In this document: piece after piece, positions 1 through 9,983 of the stretch
Layout of the letters: each line of letters opens with the position of its first letter
How positions within the stretch are numbered: the stretch's first letter is position 1
IMG/VR virus record: IMGVR_UViG_3300049489_000993
Location: 25,457-89,456 of that record
Reading direction: 5' to 3' (one strand)
From: a virus
Length of the DNA: 64,000 nucleotides
Translations under genes and position numbers: made by a program
The notes under the pieces: model-generated
The model's input: only the letters and a program-made list of their open reading frames with translations
Told to the model about the DNA's origin: nothing
Database searches by the model: none

Positions 1-147
1 CGAGCCGTCTTGCGACGCGGTGACGTCTTTGTAGACGCCTAGCTCGATGTGGAGCCCGCCCCCCTTCCAGATCAGTTGGTTGATCTTGTGGACGGCATCG
101 GTGACGACAATGCCACCGCGAAGCGTGTGCGTGATTTGCAAGCTCAT
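1..147 (-). CDS. Hypothetical protein (runs off window), possibly tail-fibre associated
   Basis: ATG at 147 overlaps TGA of upstream gene (ATGA); open to window edge, MSLQITHTLRGGIVVTDAVHKINQLIW... Confidence 0.55.
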   Translation of the reverse strand, partial: MSLQITHTLRGGIVVTDAVHKINQLIWKGGGLHIELGVYKDVTASQDGS

Positions 148-512
148 GCGCGAGCCTCCTCGGTTTTGTTGGTTTCCGACGGGTTCTTCTTCGCGGCGGC
201 CATGATTGCTTTCACGATGTGCAAGACGTCGCCCTTAATCTCGGGGTTGATCTTCGCACCCCGAACGAGCGCGAGCAAAAACTCATGTTCCTCGTCGGTC
301 ATCCCCCAGACCTGGCCCGGCTGCTTGTCGGAAATGCCTTCGGAGAGCGAAAGAAACTGCTCGACTGATTCGAGCTTGGTCATGACCTTCTCGTCGGCAA
401 CGAGCCACTTCGTAACAAACTCCTTCATCGACAGCTTGGTTGGCTCTCCCGTCTTTGGGTTGGGCATCGCGTTTTCAAGGACCACGGGTTCAGGTACGAC
501 GACGTAACGCAT
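144..512 (-). CDS. Hypothetical protein (possible tail fibre chaperone)
   Basis: ORF MRYVVVPEP...; AGGAG SD upstream of ATG 512 (ORF-track start 539 is likely an extension); directly follows fibre gene. Confidence 0.6.
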   Translation of the reverse strand: MRYVVVPEPVVLENAMPNPKTGEPTKLSMKEFVTKWLVADEKVMTKLESVEQFLSLSEGISDKQPGQVWGMTDEEHEFLLALVRGAKINPEIKGDVLHIVKAIMAAAKKNPSETNKTEEARA

Positions 513-574
513 TCTGCTTCTCCTTTTGATCGGCTTCACGGCGTGCGCACGCTACCTCATGACCCATCGGGCCG

Positions 575-2992
575 CTAGACGGTTGCGATGAGCCCAAGCG
601 CCTCTACGCGGGAAATCAAGGCATTGATCGCCGTCCTCGCCTCAGAGTCGACCGTCGCTCCTCCGGTCGCGTCTGCCACTGACGCGCCCTGCACGATTGG
701 AGTCGCACCATAGAATCCGAGTTTCTGTGACGTCGATGTGCCGATCATGCTGCCGGTCGTAGTACCAAGCACTACGTCGACCGCGTTCGCGAGATTGAGG
801 TGACCACCATCTGCAAACCAAGCCTTGTCGACGTTGTTGTCTCGAATGAGAAATATGGATTCCGCTGTTGACCCGTTGTCGACGGTGAGCTGCGCGGCGT
901 CTGATGTCGTGCCAAAGCTCGCGTTGCCGGTGCTGTGGATGCGGAACCGTTCGGCTCTCGTGATCGATCCGTCTGGCGTCGTGAAAAACGCCATGTACGT
1001 CGGGAGCGAGGTCGCAGAGATCGTTCCTGTGCCGACGTAAAACTCCATGCTTGCGACATTGCGGTTCGCCCCGCCCGCGTAGCCCGCGGAGACCAGCTCA
1101 AAAAGGGCATCTCCGTTGGTGACATCGGTAGGAGACGACAGCGTACCGTGGAACAAATACGTCGACAGCAAGTTGCGAGGGCCAGCGGCAGCAGACGCGA
1201 GAATGAATGAAGCGTTGCCATTGTTCTTCGAGACAATGCCCGTTCCGTTGACCTCCAAGGTATTGCCCGGAGCCGACTCATTGATTCCGATGTTTCCCGT
1301 GCTGGCGTCGAGGAAAAACGCATGCGTGTTCCCCACCGACTCAATGCGGTGGTCGTAATCGCTAGCTGCATCATTGAACACAACTTCGCCGGAGGTCTTG
1401 AACCTGACTCGTTCATTTGCTGCGCCCGCTCCTCCAGTGCCGATGACGATGAATGTACCAGCCTGTACGAGCATTCCATTCGACGCATCGCCAGCGGCTG
1501 AGATGACCATCTGATCGGCGAGGTAGAGAGGGGTACCGGGTGAAGACCACGAGGTACCGGACACGTAGACGCTTCCGTTCGCTGCATCAGCAGCCAGCGA
1601 CAACTGTGCAGCAGGGAATGACCCAGTCGTCGCCGTGTTGTGGATGTAGAGCTGAAGCGCGTCGCCGACAAGGTTCTGTTCGATGTGAAGTGGCACGGCT
1701 GGTGACGCCGTCCCAATGCCTAGGCGGTTGTTTGTGTCGTCCCAAAAAAGATTTGAGTTGTCTTGGGCCAGGACACCGGCAGCACCGGCGAAAAGCACGC
1801 TGCCGGCGGTCGCCGACGTGATCGAGCCCCCGATCGCCATGCCGGCGCCGGTCGCGGTGAGGTCGTATTCCGTCCCCCCGTCGTTCAGAAAGTAGAGCTT
1901 GCTGTCGCTCTTGGCATAGAGGCGCCCAAACCCGCTAGCGGGGGTAGCCGGGGTGGCGATCTCAGGGACTTGGATGTGCCCTGCTGTCAACGCCAACGAA
2001 CCCGTCATCGCCCGCGTACCGTCGACGAGCACGTACTGTGTGTGGTCGTCATCGCCGAGACCCGTCAAGGCCCCGTGGTCCGTCACCCCAACGGGCGGCG
2101 CAGCCCATGTCCCATCTGCACGAAGAAAGTTGGTTGTTCCGCCTCCCGATGCTGGAACCACGCCGCGCGTGGTCGGCGAAAAGTTGTTAGCCACCACTTG
2201 GGTTTTCGAGCCGGTATCCGACGCGGTGAACGAATCGCCAACGAAATCCAATGTCGAACGCTGTGTGAGCGGGCTTCCGTCTTCTTGGATCGTGGTATAG
2301 CCGTTAAGCGCGGGGGTAGCCCAAGTTCCGTCAGCTCGAAGAAAGTTAGACGTCCCACCCCCGGACGCCGGGACGACACCCCGTGTCGTTGACGAAAAGT
2401 CGTTCGCGGCGACCTGTGTTTTCCCCCCGACGTCGGACGCAGTGAACGTGCTCCCCACAAAGTTGAGCACGGTGCGCACCACCTGCGCACTCCCATCCTC
2501 CTCAATCGTCGCGTAACCGCCCCCGGTCGCCTGCAAGTCCGTCTCGACGCCAGCGTCGTTCAACGCATAAGCACGCCCATCGCTTTTGAAATAGATGCGG
2601 CCGAAGCCCGACGCGGGCGTTGCCGGCGTCGCTATCTCCGGGAACGTCCCACCATTGTTGACGATCCACTCCGACATTCCCCCCGCCGACATCGACACAA
2701 ACACGCGCAACGACGCCGACGTGAAGTTGACGAAGCCCCCCGTGCTCGACGCGAACACTACGTCGCGCACCAGCTCCCCGAGCCCGTTCAAATGCCCGCG
2801 GCCCACTTCCCATTGCCCGCTTAGCGCACCACCAGCGTCGACGCCTTCGATCGCATACGGCAGATCGACACTCGGGGCATAGGAGCTAGACAGCGCGCGG
2901 AACCCCGCGCTCGGCGCGGCTAGCACCAAAGAGCCCGCGCCCGTCGACGTAGATTCCTGCAAGCAGCGATCGGCAAACGTGGCGACGGTCAT
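575..2992 (-). CDS. Tail fibre / receptor-binding protein
   Basis: 805 aa, G/T/S/A-rich; fibre-type motifs (NLFWDDTNNRLGIGTASP, GNIGINE, ERFRIHSTGN, FLRADGTW); internal repeats; follows baseplate J gene. Confidence 0.8.
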   Translation of the reverse strand: MTVATFADRCLQESTSTGAGSLVLAAPSAGFRALSSSYAPSVDLPYAIEGVDAGGALSGQWEVGRGHLNGLGELVRDVVFASSTGGFVNFTSASLRVFVSMSAGGMSEWIVNNGGTFPEIATPATPASGFGRIYFKSDGRAYALNDAGVETDLQATGGGYATIEEDGSAQVVRTVLNFVGSTFTASDVGGKTQVAANDFSSTTRGVVPASGGGTSNFLRADGTWATPALNGYTTIQEDGSPLTQRSTLDFVGDSFTASDTGSKTQVVANNFSPTTRGVVPASGGGTTNFLRADGTWAAPPVGVTDHGALTGLGDDDHTQYVLVDGTRAMTGSLALTAGHIQVPEIATPATPASGFGRLYAKSDSKLYFLNDGGTEYDLTATGAGMAIGGSITSATAGSVLFAGAAGVLAQDNSNLFWDDTNNRLGIGTASPAVPLHIEQNLVGDALQLYIHNTATTGSFPAAQLSLAADAANGSVYVSGTSWSSPGTPLYLADQMVISAAGDASNGMLVQAGTFIVIGTGGAGAANERVRFKTSGEVVFNDAASDYDHRIESVGNTHAFFLDASTGNIGINESAPGNTLEVNGTGIVSKNNGNASFILASAAAGPRNLLSTYLFHGTLSSPTDVTNGDALFELVSAGYAGGANRNVASMEFYVGTGTISATSLPTYMAFFTTPDGSITRAERFRIHSTGNASFGTTSDAAQLTVDNGSTAESIFLIRDNNVDKAWFADGGHLNLANAVDVVLGTTTGSMIGTSTSQKLGFYGATPIVQGASVADATGGATVDSEARTAINALISRVEALGLIATV
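2097..2518 (-). repeat. Tandem ~216-nt (72 aa) duplication within tail fibre gene
   Basis: GYATIEEDG...RGVVPASGGGTSNFLRADGTWATP followed by GYTTIQEDG...RGVVPASGGGTTNFLRADGTWAAP. Confidence 0.8.
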
Positions 2993-3003
2993 GGGGGCCT
3001 CTA

Positions 3004-4419
3004 TCAGGTGATCGTGATGTCCACAGATTCGTTGGTGCGCGGGATCTGATCGTCGAGCACCACGAGGTTCGCGGCCGGTGCCGTGATCTGAATATCGAAC
3101 ATGCCTTCCACAGCCATCGCGCGCTCAATCAGCTCGCTCTTGATGACGTTGTTCCCGATGCCGAGCCCGTTGACGTAGCTCGCAAGCGCCGCCTTCACGT
3201 CAGCGGCGACAGTCGCTTGTGAGTAGCCGTCAAGGACCGTGATGTCGGCGACGATGACGACGGGATAAATCGTCGGAACGCGCACGATGCCCAGCGTGCC
3301 TGCCGCGCGCCAGCCGGGGTAGTTGCCCCGGTCTAGCGGGTCGCCGTCGAGCACCTTTTGCGCTTCCTGCAAGAGCCCCGTGAAGTAGGTGTACGCGATC
3401 GTGACCGTATCGCCCGCGACGAGCGGGAACCCCAAGTAAATCTGCCCCGATGCAGGATTGAGCGAGTATTGCCCGGCAACCGGTCCCGACGTCACACGCG
3501 TGAGCGTGACCGCTCCGGGGTTCTTGACGGCGGACGGCGTGACGGCATCTTTGATCGGAAAGTTGTTGGTGTAGAGGTACCGCTCGCCGCCAAGCGCGAC
3601 GTCGCCGGGGAACTCGGGTCCAGAGGTAAGCAGCTCCGGTGACACGGTCGCGAGCGTGGATTCTGCGGTGCCGGTGCCGTCGTCGAGGTAGACGTAGAAC
3701 CAGCCCAGGTTGATCGGGTCTTCGAGCACCTTGACGAACACAACGCGTTGCCCACTGGGCAGCTCGATGGTTTTGAGCTTGGTCTCGATGGAGGAGGGCG
3801 TGCAGCGTGAGAGCCCAGCGACGGTGTCGCGGATGCGGGAACGGAATGAATCGTCAGTCTCGGCGTCTTTGCCGCCTACGAAGCCGCTGGGGTTCGACGC
3901 GGTGTCGACGCCGGTGGGGCGCAAGCCTTTGAACTTGGTGAGCGTGGCGGCGGCGACGTTGCCGTTGCTGCCCGCGCTTTCGATCACGGCGGGGATGAGC
4001 CCTGAGATCAACGCGAGGTTGGGAATCGAGCCCGCCGCGGTGGTGACCGCGATGACCTCCGGCGAGGAGCCAGGCACCGCCACGCGCACGCCAGCCGGGA
4101 TGCTCACCAGCGGTCCCGCCACGGCCCGCGAGAACTGCAAGTTGCCCGTCGCCGCCGAGGACGCGATGCGGGTCACCACGACGGGGTTGTAGTCCTTGGC
4201 GCGCTCGTCGAGGTCTTCGCCGGCTGCGCGGTCGATGGAAAACAGATCAATGACGTTCTTGGTCTGGTAGTAGGCGTCGTCCAGCTCGCGCGCGAAGGCC
4301 GCCATGAAGCTCTTGGCGATGGACGTGTCGGTGAGGTCGGAAAGCTCGGAACGCGCGACGAGCGCATCGATCATGCGCTGCAAGATGGTCTCGAAGGTCT
4401 TTGGTACAAACTGTCCCAT
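3004..4419 (-). CDS. Baseplate wedge protein (baseplate J-like)
   Basis: Typical J motifs: AAGEDLDERA, AGSNGNV, GGKDAETDDSFRSRI, C-terminal YVNGLGIGNNVIKSELI. Confidence 0.9.
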   Translation of the reverse strand: MGQFVPKTFETILQRMIDALVARSELSDLTDTSIAKSFMAAFARELDDAYYQTKNVIDLFSIDRAAGEDLDERAKDYNPVVVTRIASSAATGNLQFSRAVAGPLVSIPAGVRVAVPGSSPEVIAVTTAAGSIPNLALISGLIPAVIESAGSNGNVAAATLTKFKGLRPTGVDTASNPSGFVGGKDAETDDSFRSRIRDTVAGLSRCTPSSIETKLKTIELPSGQRVVFVKVLEDPINLGWFYVYLDDGTGTAESTLATVSPELLTSGPEFPGDVALGGERYLYTNNFPIKDAVTPSAVKNPGAVTLTRVTSGPVAGQYSLNPASGQIYLGFPLVAGDTVTIAYTYFTGLLQEAQKVLDGDPLDRGNYPGWRAAGTLGIVRVPTIYPVVIVADITVLDGYSQATVAADVKAALASYVNGLGIGNNVIKSELIERAMAVEGMFDIQITAPAANLVVLDDQIPRTNESVDITIT

Positions 4420-4432
4420 CGGTGCTGCCTTC

Positions 4433-6259
4433 CTACGAGATGACCCGACCGATCACGCGCAGAGCGGTGCGGTCAAACGGTTGCACGTCGAGCGCCACCT
4501 CCAGCGTGTCACCTGTGAGCTGGAGCGAGGCGTTGGATACCACGCGCACACGCGAGTCGCGCTGCACCGCCGATACGATGCGCGCGCGCGCTTCGATCAC
4601 GCGTTCAACGCTCCCTTTGCGCCCCACGATGCGTTCGTAGCCGACGTTGCGGTACAGCAAGTTGGAGCCCTGCTCTGTGGACAGAATCGAAACGATGGCT
4701 TGCTCGAGGTTCTCCAAGCCGGAGATGGTGCGAGCGTCGGTGCCGGTGGTGGGGTCGAGCACGAGGTCGTAGGTGCCATCGGATTGCGCTTTCAGCTCGA
4801 AGTCCCGACCAAAGAGCGCCTCGAGCTGGGAGGCGCCGAGCGTGGGGTCGCCGGCCGAGCGCACCTGTTGGAAAGGCTGCGTGGCGGCTGTGGTCGGGAT
4901 GAGGATGGGCTGCCCGTAGCGCAACGTGCCGGGGAGCCCCTCCTCGGAGATGTACGGCGCCTTGATCCCGTTCGCGATGGCGATGTCGATCCACCGCCGC
5001 GCGTCTTCCAGCTCGCGTGCGGCGATGCTTGCGATCGTATCGCCGTGCTGCACCGTCACCTGCCGAAAGCCAGTGTATTTCGGGAACGTGCGCTTGACGT
5101 CGAACAAGCCGCTGTTGACGCGCGCTTGGTCACCGGGCCGCGGCCCCGTCAGCAAGAGCTGCTCGGGCTGCGTGATAGTCGAGCTGGCTGCCACCTCAAG
5201 CGCGTCTGGCGTCAGATCGGCCGGCCCCATGACGAGGCGCAAAAAGCGAGTCGCGTTCTCGTCGAAGTCCTCGCGGAACTTCTCGGGGTAGGCCAACAGC
5301 GTGTTGTAGGCGTCGGAGACCGAGCGCGTCATGGCGGCGATCTCGAGGTACGCCGGCCCCAAAAGGTTCTGATTGTCGACGAGGAGCCGCGCGACGTTGT
5401 CGGCCAAGTCGCGAGCGGCGCGCACGTTGCCCAGCGGCAGATTGATGAACCCGCGCACCGAGCGTGTGAACTCGGAGACGGCGCCGAGGATGCCGGTGGT
5501 GGCGGTGTTCAGCTCGGTGAGCAGCCCCACGACGGCCCCGACCTGCGCCTGAATGCCGCTGATCTCGGATTGCCATTGGATGAGCTGTTGCGCGGCCCCG
5601 CCGATGCTTTTGGCGGCGTCGGCGATGGCGCGGAGCACGGCGCTATCGTTGCTCTGAATCTTGGGCGGGTTCTCGACGTATCCGACGACGGCGAGCGTGA
5701 TCGTATAGTTGTAGAAGAAGTTTTTTTGCGTCGAGCGCTCAAGGCGGAACTCGCGCGGCACGACGATGTAATGCTCGCCGTCTTTGTAGTTGTGGTACGT
5801 GAGATAGACATCCTTCGCGACGGTCGGGTCTTTTTTGAGGTCCGAGTAGCGAAGGAAGCAAACGTTCTGCAAGTAGAGGAAGTGCGCTTGTCCCGAGAGC
5901 GGGATTGGCAGGCCGGATTCCGCGACGTTCAAGCGGGGGGAAAGCCCGGTGTGCCCTTGGATCGTGAGCTGGGAGATGATCACCCCGTTCTCTTCGGCGA
6001 CGACGCCCCCATCTTGGGTGGGGGTCAGCTCGGCTGAGAACGGGTGCGTCTTTTGGATGGCGGTGGGGGCGAGCACCAACGGGAACAGTACCGAGCCCGT
6101 GGGCGCTAGGGAGGCGGGGAGGTGGAGCTGGAAGGCGTAGCTCCACGTTTTCCAGTAGCGGTCATCGCCCCCGGAGAGCGCGGGAACGCCAATGGGACCG
6201 AGCAAAGGCCCGGCCTGCGTCGCGCGAAGCTCCTCCGCAATCGCCTGCAAGATGCCCAA
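4433..6259 (-). CDS. Baseplate protein: tube-initiator-like N-terminus + LysM + gp25/GPW-like C-terminus
   Basis: LysM motif VQHGDTIASIAARELEDARRWIDIAIANGIKAPY; gp25-like SGLENLEQAIVSILSTEQGS...DSRVRVV; position before J. Confidence 0.75.
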   Translation of the reverse strand: MGILQAIAEELRATQAGPLLGPIGVPALSGGDDRYWKTWSYAFQLHLPASLAPTGSVLFPLVLAPTAIQKTHPFSAELTPTQDGGVVAEENGVIISQLTIQGHTGLSPRLNVAESGLPIPLSGQAHFLYLQNVCFLRYSDLKKDPTVAKDVYLTYHNYKDGEHYIVVPREFRLERSTQKNFFYNYTITLAVVGYVENPPKIQSNDSAVLRAIADAAKSIGGAAQQLIQWQSEISGIQAQVGAVVGLLTELNTATTGILGAVSEFTRSVRGFINLPLGNVRAARDLADNVARLLVDNQNLLGPAYLEIAAMTRSVSDAYNTLLAYPEKFREDFDENATRFLRLVMGPADLTPDALEVAASSTITQPEQLLLTGPRPGDQARVNSGLFDVKRTFPKYTGFRQVTVQHGDTIASIAARELEDARRWIDIAIANGIKAPYISEEGLPGTLRYGQPILIPTTAATQPFQQVRSAGDPTLGASQLEALFGRDFELKAQSDGTYDLVLDPTTGTDARTISGLENLEQAIVSILSTEQGSNLLYRNVGYERIVGRKGSVERVIEARARIVSAVQRDSRVRVVSNASLQLTGDTLEVALDVQPFDRTALRVIGRVIS

Positions 6260-6310
6260 GCTGCCTCCGGCGCAGACAGCCTACAGCGCAGCCCCAAAGC
6301 CGGTACAGGC

Positions 6311-7345
6311 TCACAAAAAGGGGAAGGGCACCGGACCAGGGAAAATGATCTGCGCGCCCGCCATAGAGGCGTACAGCGCGCCGGAGAATAGTCCGGCCGC
6401 GGCTTGGGAGGCGGTGGGGTCCCAAGGCTGCGGGTTTGGGAGCAAGCTCGCGGAGGCGCCGGCGGTCGTGAAGCCCGCTGCGAGGCTCGCGAGCGCGGGT
6501 GGCGGGATGGCCGCAATCGACGCGGGAAAGACACTCGCCGAGGCCCCGGCCACGACACCCCAAAAAGCGACCGCGCCGGCTTGAATCGCGGCGGCAGCGA
6601 GCACGGGCGTAGACATCATGCCGTCGATGATGGTCTGCATCGCGGTCTCGGCGGCGGTGACCGCCGCGGGCACGGGCGGCACACCGTTGGCGACGCCGGC
6701 CAGGAACAGGGTTTTGTACGCTGCGGCCCATGCGGCGCCGGTGGAGAGCCCCGTCACGGCCGGCTTGGGTGGCGCAATCGTGAACGCCACGCCGGCTGGA
6801 ATGGGGCCGGCAAAGGCCGCGACGTACTTGAACTCGAGCACATGCCCGCTGGCGATGGCCGGTGTTGGCGCGCCGATGGCGATGACGCCCGCTGCCGGGT
6901 TGTGTCCCCCGTTGCTTGGGTCCGGGGCGATGTCGGTCGCGGGCGAGAGCCGCTTGATGCCCTGAATCTTGGCGACGTCGGGGGGGCCTGGCAGCGTGAA
7001 CAGAGCTTGGTTGTTCGCCGTGGCGGCGACGGTGACGGTTTGCATGCCCGCCGGGTTGTCGGCGGCGTCGATGACAGTGACGAGCGAGGCGGTGTTGGCG
7101 GTGATCTTGGAGCCTTGCCAGTACGGGGGCGCGCTTGCGTAGCCGTTCACCAAGGCACTCGGGGTGAGTGCGGTGCCGCTGGCAAACGAGGTGTTCCCGA
7201 TGCCGCCCGTCGTCGTGGTGCCGTTGATCGGGGTTGGAGGCGGCTGCGCCCCATCCGGCCATCCAAGCGATGGAGGTGTGCTCGCTGTTGCGGGCACCAT
7301 GAACGATTCAATGTACGGCTGCGCCGTCGTGGGCGACATCGGCAC
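6311..7345 (-). CDS. Hypothetical virion/baseplate protein
   Basis: 344 aa A/P/T-rich ORF between spike and wedge genes, phage-like codon usage. Confidence 0.6.
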   Translation of the reverse strand: MPMSPTTAQPYIESFMVPATASTPPSLGWPDGAQPPPTPINGTTTTGGIGNTSFASGTALTPSALVNGYASAPPYWQGSKITANTASLVTVIDAADNPAGMQTVTVAATANNQALFTLPGPPDVAKIQGIKRLSPATDIAPDPSNGGHNPAAGVIAIGAPTPAIASGHVLEFKYVAAFAGPIPAGVAFTIAPPKPAVTGLSTGAAWAAAYKTLFLAGVANGVPPVPAAVTAAETAMQTIIDGMMSTPVLAAAAIQAGAVAFWGVVAGASASVFPASIAAIPPPALASLAAGFTTAGASASLLPNPQPWDPTASQAAAGLFSGALYASMAGAQIIFPGPVPFPFL

Positions 7346-7348
7346 GGG

Positions 7349-8380
7349 TTACGGCTGCCCGTCGGGGAACTTGACCTTGCCGCCTTGCACGTTCGCCGCG
7401 ACGAGGCCCGCTGTACCGTTGAACGGCGCCAAAAGCGGCACGGGGATGCCCGTTGGCCCAGCGCCCGACGGATGAATGTGGGCGTCGAAGGTCGCGCGGA
7501 TGGTGGGCCACACCGTCGACTCCCACCACGTTTTCAAATGCTGAAACACCGCGGGGTTGAACGTGCCGGTCCCGAGCTGCGCGATAGCGTCCGCATCCTT
7601 CTTGGTGAGCGAGAATGTGGCCCCGTTGCCCAGCCGGAACGTGATGAGGCCGTCGCCCGTGGGGTCCACTTCGATCTTGAACTTTTGAGCGCCCCCCGCC
7701 GCGTTGACGCCTTCCACGACGAGCTTGGCGTTGTGATTCATGCGCAGCGTGACGTTGCCGTGCGCGAGGTCTAGCGCGGGCGTTTCCGCGCCGTTGGCGT
7801 CAATGGCGCCGCTGTTGGCGCGCGTTGTGTCCACAACGACGTTGCCGTCCTTGTCGACCGTGGTCGTGACGCCGCGGAAGCGGGAGGCATGAGATTCGCC
7901 GGTGGCCGCGAGCTGGCGAAAGTTGGAGCGGGGATGTGGCATCGCCGAGCGGATGAACGGTTGTTGGGTATCCCCCTCGAAGAACTCGAGGAGCACATGG
8001 TCCCCGTCAAGGTCACGAGGATCGGAAACAGGCCCCTTGGTGCCGTCCAAGTTGTACGGCTGATTCGTCTGGAGGTCGGTGGTTGTGCCTCGCGGAATCC
8101 ACAAGCCGCTGTAGTCGTTCAAGCCGTGGCGTTGCTGGGCGACGGGAACGCGCTGCATGAAAGCGCGAAAGCGTGAGCCGTACGTGAGCACGTCGCAGGA
8201 AACGGCCATGATCTTCGCGTTTGGGGCGTTCATGTCCCGCAGCAAGAATGCCTCGGCGGCGTCGTCGTTTCCCGCGTCGGCGAAATCGGCGAAGTAGGTC
8301 GAAATCACGACGGCGCGCACGACGCTCGGGGGCATCTTGCCGAAACCCTTGGTGGAGCGCATGCCATCTTGGCGCCTCAT
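7349..8380 (-). CDS. Baseplate central spike (gpV/gp45-like)
   Basis: OB-fold-like N-terminus (GDHVLLEFFEGDTQQPFI), beta-strand repeats, C-terminal HxH iron-binding tip motif FDAHIHPSGAGPTG. Confidence 0.75.
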   Translation of the reverse strand: MRRQDGMRSTKGFGKMPPSVVRAVVISTYFADFADAGNDDAAEAFLLRDMNAPNAKIMAVSCDVLTYGSRFRAFMQRVPVAQQRHGLNDYSGLWIPRGTTTDLQTNQPYNLDGTKGPVSDPRDLDGDHVLLEFFEGDTQQPFIRSAMPHPRSNFRQLAATGESHASRFRGVTTTVDKDGNVVVDTTRANSGAIDANGAETPALDLAHGNVTLRMNHNAKLVVEGVNAAGGAQKFKIEVDPTGDGLITFRLGNGATFSLTKKDADAIAQLGTGTFNPAVFQHLKTWWESTVWPTIRATFDAHIHPSGAGPTGIPVPLLAPFNGTAGLVAANVQGGKVKFPDGQP

Positions 8381-9981
8381 GGCCCGACGCTCCGGCCAGC
8401 CCCACCGATGGGCAGCATCGTCAGGCCCATGTCGAGTCCGCCGGTTTCCCCCTTGGTGCCCGTGCGCGCGAACGACGACGCCCGCGTCGCGATGGCTTGT
8501 AGCAGTTGAGCATCGGTGCCCCGGAACCCACGCGTCACGCCGAGCGACGTCGTGGCCCCGCGAGGGTAGTTGTAGTTGATCGCAACGCTTTCGATGTACG
8601 CCTGCGTGACGTCGTTGACGCCGTCACCTTGGAGCACGAGGCGGTAGCCTACGCGCGCTTCTGGGTACAGGAAGGGGATGGCGACGTTGCCCGTCAACCA
8701 TAGGTGGTTGAGCCCGTACCAATGCACCATGAGCGTCTGCCAGGTGTTCATCTCTTTCGCCCACGCGGGCTGGCCTAACCCGACTTCGCCCGTGAACCGT
8801 GTTTGCTGCTCGAACTTGCGGATGCCGTAGCGGCGAATATCCTCCTCGTCGATGGCGGGAGGATAAAGCGCGTACTGATCGAACGTGGAAAACCCGGTGT
8901 TCGCCGCGTACAGCATGAACAAGTTGATTCGCTCGACGTCGCTGCGCGACAAGCCGTCGTCGTTGACGTAGCGGCGGCGCAGCGAACACGTCGGCAAGCG
9001 AAACCACGGGGAATCAAGATTCCCGTCTCCCTCGGAAGCCTGAAACACGTTCGCGAACGGCCGCTCGCGCAGCACCACCAAAGGTGCGGGGGCATCCGGC
9101 TCTGACTCCTCGACGTCGACATCGAAAAACAGCTCGTTCAAGAGCGGGTTGCTCCACTCTTGGAGCATCGAATACAGCGTCGTTCCCATCTCCGGCTGAA
9201 ACAGATTCGTTTCGTTGAACATGGAACCGCGCAGGTGCGCGGTAAAGCCAGATCCGTTGAATGCATCGGAAGAATAGCCCGCAAGACTCGTGATGAGCCG
9301 TGTCTCCGGTGTGCTCTGCCTGGATGACATGACGCGCATGCGTAACGCTTCGATGAACGCCGCCCCGAGAAAGTTGAGTCCAGGTGGAAGCGTCCAGGCG
9401 CCGCCCAGGATGCCCCCCGACCCAAGAAACGCGTCGAGCATGTTCGCACACACCGCATCCGGCGTGCCGCCTGGCACGTAGTTGTACCGCTTGGCGAAGA
9501 TGCGCCCGCCGATGTTCGTTTCGGCGCTCGCCCACTCGTTGAACCACACCGACGTCAACTCGATGAGCTTGCCGACGTCGCGCCCCGAGACGGTGTAGAC
9601 GTGGACTGTGGCCCCGCCGACGACGTGGCGGTCCTCCTGCACAGTGTCGATGTTGCCGAGCGTGCCGTGGAACTTGACGCCGTTGCGCTCCCACCAAAGG
9701 ACAAGCCAGTCACCGGGGAAAAGTTGATCGAGGAGGCTCGTCGGCGACTTGACCGTGAGCGACCACGTTCCCGAGGGCGCGGAGAGGTTCTTGGCGTAGG
9801 TCGCTGCGGTGATCGATGGCCCGGTGGGTTGCCCATGATCGACGGGGCTCGACAGCGAGAGCGCGTCGGCGTCGTGGCGGTAGACGCGCGCGTGGCACCG
9901 CGTGGTGAACGAGTTGTACCGATCTGCGGGCCGCCCAGGGCTCTCGCTCTCGATGTCGTGTAGCCACGGTTGATTCGCCAC
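8377..9981 (-). CDS. Baseplate hub protein (gp27/gp44-like)
   Basis: Follows tape measure; hub motifs (SGTWSLTV, YTVSGRDVGKLIE, PEARVGYRL, YIESVAINY, TTSLGVTRG). Confidence 0.7.
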   Translation of the reverse strand: MANQPWLHDIESESPGRPADRYNSFTTRCHARVYRHDADALSLSSPVDHGQPTGPSITAATYAKNLSAPSGTWSLTVKSPTSLLDQLFPGDWLVLWWERNGVKFHGTLGNIDTVQEDRHVVGGATVHVYTVSGRDVGKLIELTSVWFNEWASAETNIGGRIFAKRYNYVPGGTPDAVCANMLDAFLGSGGILGGAWTLPPGLNFLGAAFIEALRMRVMSSRQSTPETRLITSLAGYSSDAFNGSGFTAHLRGSMFNETNLFQPEMGTTLYSMLQEWSNPLLNELFFDVDVEESEPDAPAPLVVLRERPFANVFQASEGDGNLDSPWFRLPTCSLRRRYVNDDGLSRSDVERINLFMLYAANTGFSTFDQYALYPPAIDEEDIRRYGIRKFEQQTRFTGEVGLGQPAWAKEMNTWQTLMVHWYGLNHLWLTGNVAIPFLYPEARVGYRLVLQGDGVNDVTQAYIESVAINYNYPRGATTSLGVTRGFRGTDAQLLQAIATRASSFARTGTKGETGGLDMGLTMLPIGGAGRSVGP

Positions 9982-9983
9982 AG

